From the NCBI GenBank assembly GCA_001275005.1, contig JWZX01002930.1, positions 1 to 35,734 of the forward strand: a stretch of DNA of 35,734 nucleotides. Reading direction: 5' to 3'. This DNA comes from Chrysochromulina tobinii (Eukaryota). Of the stretch, positions 1 to 6,360 are shown in pieces; the first letter of the stretch is position 1, and each line of letters starts with the position of its first letter. The position numbers and the translations under genes are program-made. Below the pieces are notes generated by a model that was not told the origin of the DNA, did no database searches, and saw nothing but the letters and a program-made list of their open reading frames with translations.

Positions 1-30
1 TGCCCGCCTGTGTGAGCGTGGCCTGCGGTG

Positions 31-1149
31 TTACCCGCAAGCAGTGTAAGCTGATTGACAGACTAATCTGTCCTCGAACTTGGAACGGTCGCCATAGTAT
101 GTCACGAAGATCTCATCTTGACAGCTCTGTGTGAAACGGCTGTGAGCCGGAGCGCTGCTGCAGTTCAACACAACGCGCGCGCGCGCGCGCACACGCTCCG
201 GACCCCCAAGCACGAGAGCCACTATCACTATGGACGGAGGTGTGGCCGACACAGCCCGTGCTAACACAAAGAACTCGTGTGAACACAAGCCGTTAATCGG
301 CAAATCGTGGGGGAAGGGAGAGCGCCGGACTAGCATCTGCGCCAGTCCGATGCCCCCCTTCCCCCGAATGTATAGCAGAGGTACCAATAGGACCGCTGTT
401 CGCGGCAGCCACAGCTGCCGCACGCGCGAGCGCCGCGGCGGCGTAAGCCCCGCGAGCCGAATCCGCACTCGCCGCTCGTACCCTATTCGAGGGGGGGGGG
501 CTTGTAGTCTCCGAGCAAGCACCCCTCTTCGCATGTCGCGCGCAGCCGTGCGCATACGCAGCACGATCTCCTGCACCGCATGGCTAGCGCGTCGCAAAGC
601 CAAGTAGCTGGCCACGATCGCCGATCGGCGGGTCGCCCGCAGTCGATCGTCGAGGCTCAAGACGTTCGCGCGACACCTGCGCGCAGCAGCGCGAGCCCGA
701 GCGACCATGTCAGTGGCTCCCGGGCACGCATCGAGGCGTCGTTTAGCGAGGAGAAACTGGACGGTCGAGTCCGCCTCCTGCTCCTCCCGCCGCCGACGCT
801 TACGCTGGACCGTGAGCACCCGGCGTTCCGCAGGGGTGAGGCGCGGCGTCGCCGCCGCCCGCGCCGCCGCGGCCGCCTTCTGAGCCCGATGTGATCGAAC
901 CGCTGCACGTTGGCTGTCGAGAATGATACCGGAGACATGTTGGGCGGCGAAATACGCGAAGTCCGAGACCCGATGAGCGTGCGAGTCGAGGTCACGATAG
1001 CGGGCGTCCGCCGCGTTCGAGAGTCGAGCAGCATTGGCGGCTTCGATGGCGGCCGCGCGATGCACAGCGAGTGCCCGCGCCGCGTCTGCACGTGCACGCT
1101 CCGGCTTGCTCCCGCACCAACTCACAGTTGAAAAGGTCGTGCCTGTCAT
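31..1149 (-). CDS. Hypothetical Arg/Ala-rich protein (372 aa), possibly derived from a transposable element
   Basis: Long ATG-initiated ORF with no recognisable domain. It is preceded by a lower-GC, hairpin-rich segment (1150-1430). An ORF of this length can arise by chance in GC-rich DNA. Confidence 0.35.
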   Translation of the reverse strand: MTGTTFSTVSWCGSKPERARADAARALAVHRAAAIEAANAARLSNAADARYRDLDSHAHRVSDFAYFAAQHVSGIILDSQRAAVRSHRAQKAAAAARAAATPRLTPAERRVLTVQRKRRRREEQEADSTVQFLLAKRRLDACPGATDMVARARAAARRCRANVLSLDDRLRATRRSAIVASYLALRRASHAVQEIVLRMRTAARDMRRGVLARRLQAPPPRIGYERRVRIRLAGLTPPRRSRVRQLWLPRTAVLLVPLLYIRGKGGIGLAQMLVRRSPFPHDLPINGLCSHEFFVLARAVSATPPSIVIVALVLGGPERVRARARVVLNCSSAPAHSRFTQSCQDEIFVTYYGDRSKFEDRLVCQSAYTACG

Positions 1150-1479
1150 CTTGAAGTGTGAACGTTAACACGACAGACGCGACAACCGATGGTACTGCCC
1201 GCTCAGAATACACACACCTTACACGACCCGCCCGTACGAGAGACACGATGCGTGTCGTTATTTAACGTAAGTTCAGGAAAAGGGCGCCGTCCCGGCTTAC
1301 AAGGCGCCGGGCCCCGGTACCCCGAACCAAAACCCATCACATACTACTATGATTCACGACGAACCGAATGCTCGATTCGCAATGCTCTTGCCAATTTCTG
1401 GCGCTGTGCTCACAGTCACTACCAGAAATAGGTCACCTTCCACGGTCTCTCTCTCTCTGACGACTGGAGCACAGGTCCG

Positions 1480-3366
1480 TCACATGTCGTGCCGGCTGCG
1501 CTCGATTGCGAGCGCGAGCTGGGCCTCATCATAATTGGGGATCAGCGAGTCGTAATTCGTGACAGAGAGGTGATCCCCTTGATCGGTCCCGGATGGAGTC
1601 ATCATACGGCTAACTTCCAGGGCGAGGGCAAGCTCCGACTCGAAGTCATGCGCATCGCCAGCAGTGCCAGCCACCGTCGCCGCAGCTGCGACCGCCGCCG
1701 GCCGCGACCCCGAAGGCGCCTCTCGCGGCGGCGGCGGCGGCGGAGGAGGAGGAGCTGGTCGTAAGGACGGCGGCGGCGGCGGCGGCGGTGGTGGTGCTCG
1801 TGATGATGGTGGCGGCGGTGGTGCTCGCGATGATTGAGGTGGTGGTGGAGGAGGAGGTGACACCGAACCTCTAGCACTAGCGCGCTGCGCCTGCTCGCGC
1901 CGTGCGAGCACAAACGCCCAGTCGCACCAGGGATCGAGCATGGGCTCCGGCCGGTGCGTCTTCCATGGGGTTGGTCCAAAGGCCGCCGAGTGGATGCGGA
2001 AGTACAGGGCGTAGCGCACGTCCGCACTCGCATTGGGCGCGATCGTGTGGGCCGTCAGGTAGTTGAGGAGAAAGACATCCCCTTTTCGGCCGACGCAGTG
2101 ATGGGGTGGCCGAGGGAAGATTCGAGCGGTCTGCGGGCCGTTGGGCAGCCCGAGGGTGCCGAGCTCGTAGAGGCGCTGCAGGCCGTGCGTGCGAAAATGG
2201 GAGGCGAGCGCCGCATGCGAGCCCGGGAAGGCCATGAGCTCGCCACCATTCGGATTCGGCACGTCAGCAAGCAGGACGCCGCACAGGACGCTGAAGTTGT
2301 GAATGGTCCCGAAATGGCTCTGCTCGGGATTGTCACGCGTTGCTAGGCCGTCAATGTGCCAGTAGCTCGCGTGCAGTTGCGCAGGAGGAGGCTCAAACGT
2401 CCCTGCCTTGCAAAAGTCGCCAGGAAAGCGGAGAGCGACCTGAGCGCCGCCCGACCGAGGCCGGGGGCCGCCCAGCAGGTGCTCGAGGATCCAGGGCAAG
2501 AGACTCCGATTGAACACGTCGGTGACCTCGGGACTCAACTCGAGCCCGGACTTTGCTCCGCGGAGCCCATCCCTGCCCTTGAGAGAGCTACCAAGGTCCT
2601 TGTTGATGGCGCGCCTCGCCACGTCCACGAGCGCCTCTGGCACGACTCCTTCGAGATGCACGTAGCCGTCCGCCTCGAACCGATCGAGGACAGATACGTC
2701 GCAGAGCGCGCGCGCCATATCGGCCGCCTCTTTGCTCCCGAGGGACTCGCCGCCATACAGGCACGTGCCTGCCGTCCAAAAGTCTCCGCGCGACCGCGTC
2801 CCGGCGGACTGCTGCGCCTGCAGCCGACGCGCTGCTGTTGCCACCGCAGCCTCCGAAGGCATGCCGAAACGCTTGATCGCGCTATCGAACGTTGCATGAT
2901 GTTCACGTAGCAGCTGGATCTGGCCCATATCACCTCGACTGAACAGATCAAGCAGCCCTGGGTGTGACGTAAGGATGTGTGACCAGGCAGTGTCAGCGGC
3001 AGCGTTGCCTATGCGTCGGGCTGCTGCATTCGCCAATTCAGTCATGCGGCGGCCCCAGGACGCAGCTCCCCGCTCCGCAGGTACGTCATTGCTCCTCTCT
3101 TCCTTGCCTTTGCCGCCGCCGCTGCCAGCGGCGGCCGCCTTAGGCTCCTGCCCCTTTTTGAGTTGGTCCATGCGCGAGAGGTACTCGTTGCACTTATCGC
3201 GGATCGTCTTCTGCGTGACCGGATTCTTTTCAGACTTGAGCGCTGTAATCAGGTACTCGGTCGCCTTGCCATACTTCTCGATCGCGTCCTTGTAGTTGCC
3301 CGCGTTGTCAGCGTCGACCGCCTGCTTGGCGATCGCGATTCCCTTGTCGCGCATCTCATTCGCCAT
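1480..3366 (-). CDS. MIT domain + phytanoyl-CoA dioxygenase (PhyH)-like 2OG-Fe(II) oxygenase + proline-rich tract + two UIM motifs
   Basis: N-terminal MANEMRDKGIAIAKQAVDADNAGNYKDAIEKY...EKNPVTQKTIRDKCNEYL is VPS4-type MIT. PhyH motifs: FEADGYVHLEGVV, WHIDG (HxD), FPGSH, GDVFLLNYLTAH, VRYALYF. UIMs: ESELALALEVS and DEAQLALAIERS (LxxAxxxS). The start was placed at ATG 3366; the ORF track starts at 3576. Confidence 0.85.
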   Translation of the reverse strand: MANEMRDKGIAIAKQAVDADNAGNYKDAIEKYGKATEYLITALKSEKNPVTQKTIRDKCNEYLSRMDQLKKGQEPKAAAAGSGGGKGKEERSNDVPAERGAASWGRRMTELANAAARRIGNAAADTAWSHILTSHPGLLDLFSRGDMGQIQLLREHHATFDSAIKRFGMPSEAAVATAARRLQAQQSAGTRSRGDFWTAGTCLYGGESLGSKEAADMARALCDVSVLDRFEADGYVHLEGVVPEALVDVARRAINKDLGSSLKGRDGLRGAKSGLELSPEVTDVFNRSLLPWILEHLLGGPRPRSGGAQVALRFPGDFCKAGTFEPPPAQLHASYWHIDGLATRDNPEQSHFGTIHNFSVLCGVLLADVPNPNGGELMAFPGSHAALASHFRTHGLQRLYELGTLGLPNGPQTARIFPRPPHHCVGRKGDVFLLNYLTAHTIAPNASADVRYALYFRIHSAAFGPTPWKTHRPEPMLDPWCDWAFVLARREQAQRASARGSVSPPPPPPPQSSRAPPPPPSSRAPPPPPPPPPSLRPAPPPPPPPPPREAPSGSRPAAVAAAATVAGTAGDAHDFESELALALEVSRMMTPSGTDQGDHLSVTNYDSLIPNYDEAQLALAIERSRHDM

Positions 3367-3570
3367 GGCAAGGTTGCACAGACCGCCGGCGCAGCCGACT
3401 ATCACATAGAGTTTCCAGTGCAGAGTTTGCGCGAAATCCATGGCTCCTCCGTGCAGTGGAGACACCCCCTCCCCTGAGCTCTCGCCACCCCCCGTCTGGA
3501 GTTCATGGAGACCTTCACAGCAGCCCCGCGGTAACGACGGAGCGAACGCGGGCCGACTTTGCGCTGCTTC

Positions 3571-4689
3571 ATGCAACCCTTATCGCCGACTCGCCGTCGG
3601 TCCGTGCAGGCCTTCTCCGGCCAGTACACGGAGACCACCTCATGGGTGGAGGAAGCCAAGCACGCGATGAACGAGGAGCTCGCCGTTGCAGAGGAGCTGT
3701 CGACGTGGATGCGAAGCCAGCGGACCAAGGAACCCGGCACAACCCGCACATACACATCGCCGTCCTTTAGCCAGCAGCCAGCGCACGCTGCCCCCCGACC
3801 AGGCCACCGAAAGGACCAAGGAACCGTGAGTTCTGCCGATGCCCAAGGAGAAAGTCAAGCTACTCAGCAAGGGTCGGCGCCGCTGCTTCCGCTCTTCATC
3901 CCCAAGCGGCTCGCATGGCTTGACCAGACGTTGAGCCCGGAGTCGCTGCGGCGGCTTGAATCTCAGTCCATGTTCCCACCGCGCCCGTCCCAGCTGCCGC
4001 ATCCGCCCCTGCCGACGGCTGTGCCGCATGTCTCCGCGGACGTGGCGGAGTCGATGAGCTTCGAGCAGCCGGAGCCACCAAAGCCGGCGGCTGGCCCAAT
4101 CGTCACAGTCTCCATGAAGCGCGACGCGACGGGCAAGGTCTCAGTTTCACTGAAGCGCGTCGTGCCCGCGGCCCCCGCTGCTCCGTTGGAACAGATTGAG
4201 AAGCACAATTGTGTCGAACTCTCACTCGCGCACGTTGCGCCCGTGGCCCCCGCTGCTCCGTTGGAAGAGGTCGAGAAGCACGGGTACGGACTCCCCCACC
4301 TCCCTCCCGAGACGAACTACGAGCAGCTGCAGAATCTCGCCCTGCAGCGACGGATCGCCAAGATGGAGGCCGAGCTCGCGCAGGCGCACCTGAGTCAGCA
4401 GGCGACCCTGCAGCAGCTCGCGCAAGGGGAGCATCACAAGCACCAGCTGCAGGCGCAGCTCGCGGAGCTGACGGAGCGTTTGGTCGTGGCGGAGGGCGAT
4501 CTGCTGCAGGGTCGCCTGCTGACTCAGGCGCGCCTGCGCGAGCTCGGCGAGGAGAAAAAGCCCGGTACCCCACTTCCGGACAAGGCGCGACAGCCGTTTA
4601 CGAAGCAGACTTCGCGGGCACAGGCAGTGTACGGCAAGCTGCTCGAAGATAAGGTCTTTTGCATGGTCTTTGCAGGGGTTAAATATTGA
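3571..4689 (+). CDS. Hypothetical protein with an internal duplication and a Gln/Leu-rich coiled coil; 3' end uncertain
   Basis: GC3-rich codons; duplicated peptide (V/A)P(A/V)APAAPLE(Q/E)(I/V)EKH; heptad-like region LQRRIAKMEAELAQ...LQAQLAELTERL. Composition turns AT-rich abruptly at ~4652. Confidence 0.55.
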   Translation: MQPLSPTRRRSVQAFSGQYTETTSWVEEAKHAMNEELAVAEELSTWMRSQRTKEPGTTRTYTSPSFSQQPAHAAPRPGHRKDQGTVSSADAQGESQATQQGSAPLLPLFIPKRLAWLDQTLSPESLRRLESQSMFPPRPSQLPHPPLPTAVPHVSADVAESMSFEQPEPPKPAAGPIVTVSMKRDATGKVSVSLKRVVPAAPAAPLEQIEKHNCVELSLAHVAPVAPAAPLEEVEKHGYGLPHLPPETNYEQLQNLALQRRIAKMEAELAQAHLSQQATLQQLAQGEHHKHQLQAQLAELTERLVVAEGDLLQGRLLTQARLRELGEEKKPGTPLPDKARQPFTKQTSRAQAVYGKLLEDKVFCMVFAGVKY

Positions 4690-5099
4690 AAGGCCCCGCT
4701 ACTCCTAATGTAAAGGGTAATCTGTACTCAAGTCTGTACTGCGCGCGCTTGGACGCTCAGTCGGAGTCGCTCACCAACTTCCGTGATCGGCGCAATTGAC
4801 GAGCCGCGCTCCCGTTCGGTTGCAAAAGCGTCGTCGTGAGCTTTCAGATTCACATTGGTGAACCCCCGCTCCGCCGACCCGTCCCAGAGGTGGACACGAT
4901 ACTTTTGGAGTCTTGTGGTCAGTTTCGTTTAAGTAGTCAAGTCAAGTCTATACATACAATTGTAAACAACAGACTACAGACAACCGTATCGCGTATGAAC
5001 GGAAGCCTATCGAATGTGCTCCGGAGGCCAGCAGTGGTGGATGGGAGTGGGCGGAGATGACGGAAGGGTTCCATGAGAGGTAACACGTCATAGGTGCTA

Positions 5100-5151
5100 A
5101 CTTGACTTGACTTGACTTGACTTGACTTGACTTGACTTGACTTGGACTTGA
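5100..5151. repeat. (CTTGA)n pentanucleotide microsatellite
   Basis: Eight perfect CTTGA units from 5101, then CTTGGACTTGA. Confidence 0.95.
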
Positions 5152-5182
5152 AACGAGTTAATCTCCGCGTCGCCCTGAGCAC

Positions 5183-6193
5183 ATGGTGTTCGTCCTCATG
5201 TGGCTCGCCGCAAGTGCCGGCGCCATACACAGCTACTTTGATCCGCTACAACGCTGGAAGCTGTCCGCTCCGCCGTCTGACTTGGCCGCCCAGCCGCTGC
5301 TCGTGTATATCCCTGGCCTTGATGGCACCAACGCATCGCCGTTTGCCCAATTTCCGAGGCTTGCCGAGCAGTTTCGAGTTCGAGTTCAAGAGGTGTGTGC
5401 CGAACCGTCGGCATGCGAAGCCAGCTTTGAGGCGCTCGTGGAGGATGTGGCTGCGTACTTGCGCGAGCACGGCAGCACGGAGCACGGGAATGTGGTCATG
5501 GGCGAGTCGATGGGCGGCGTCGTGGCCGCTGGCGTGGCCATGCAGCATCCTGAGTTGGTGTCCGGCCTCATCCTGGTCAATCCAGCCACGGCACTCAGCG
5601 TGATGCCCGACCTCCAATCGGATGTGCGCTGGATGCGCCACGGCCGCATTCCTGAGGCGCTCTTTCCTCTCGCACTCTTCCTCAAGGTCGGGTACAAGAC
5701 GTTCGATGCGAACTTGTTCTCGTCTGCGGTGCGCGACATCCTCGTCGACAAGCGCATGGAGAAGCTGCGCGCCGAAGACCCGGAGCTGGCGGCCTATTAT
5801 GAGCTTGCCCTTGAGAGCCTCGTGGCGAGCATTTCCGAGACGAAGCCATCAGCCTTCCTGCGAGGCCGCCTGGCGCAGCTCGAGCAAGGCTGCAGCATCG
5901 TCGAGAAGCAGCTGGCATCGCTCCAGACGCCGACGCTCGTCATTGCTGGCACCGCCGACGCGCTGCTGCTTTCGTCAAAGGAGGCGGCTCGACTGCTACG
6001 AACCATCCCTATATGCGATGTGCACCTCGTCGAGGGCGCTGGCCACGCCGGCACGCTCAATCAGCGCATCGACTTGCCCGGAGTTGTGGGCCGCTGGGTG
6101 AGGAAGCGAAACCTGCCCTTGACGTTGCCTGCTGAGCTTTCGCCCTTTGGGGTGGCGATGGGCCGCCCACGGGTACAACATGACGTGTCGTGA
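5183..6193 (+). CDS. Alpha/beta-hydrolase (esterase/lipase) resembling the hydrolase domain of phytyl-ester-synthase/ELT proteins, with a signal peptide
   Basis: PLLVYIPGLDGT oxyanion region, GESMGG nucleophile elbow, LILVNPAT, IAGTAD (Asp), EGAGH (His). Hydrophobic N-terminus MVFVLMWLAASAGA. Confidence 0.85.
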   Translation: MVFVLMWLAASAGAIHSYFDPLQRWKLSAPPSDLAAQPLLVYIPGLDGTNASPFAQFPRLAEQFRVRVQEVCAEPSACEASFEALVEDVAAYLREHGSTEHGNVVMGESMGGVVAAGVAMQHPELVSGLILVNPATALSVMPDLQSDVRWMRHGRIPEALFPLALFLKVGYKTFDANLFSSAVRDILVDKRMEKLRAEDPELAAYYELALESLVASISETKPSAFLRGRLAQLEQGCSIVEKQLASLQTPTLVIAGTADALLLSSKEAARLLRTIPICDVHLVEGAGHAGTLNQRIDLPGVVGRWVRKRNLPLTLPAELSPFGVAMGRPRVQHDVS

Positions 6194-6360
6194 CGAAAGA
6201 ACGCTCCGAAGAAAGATAGATAGAAAACATCCCCGCACAGGCGCCCTCTGTCCGGTTGACTCTGCGCGCGCTCAGACAACCGGCCCACAACTATACCTGG
6301 AGACCCTATGTCCCTCCTCGATCCTGAATACTAATTCACAGCCTAATTCACAGTCACGCA

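Noticed and set aside
3150..3366. VPS4 gene
   Set aside because: Only the MIT domain and linker are present; no AAA ATPase Walker motifs follow.
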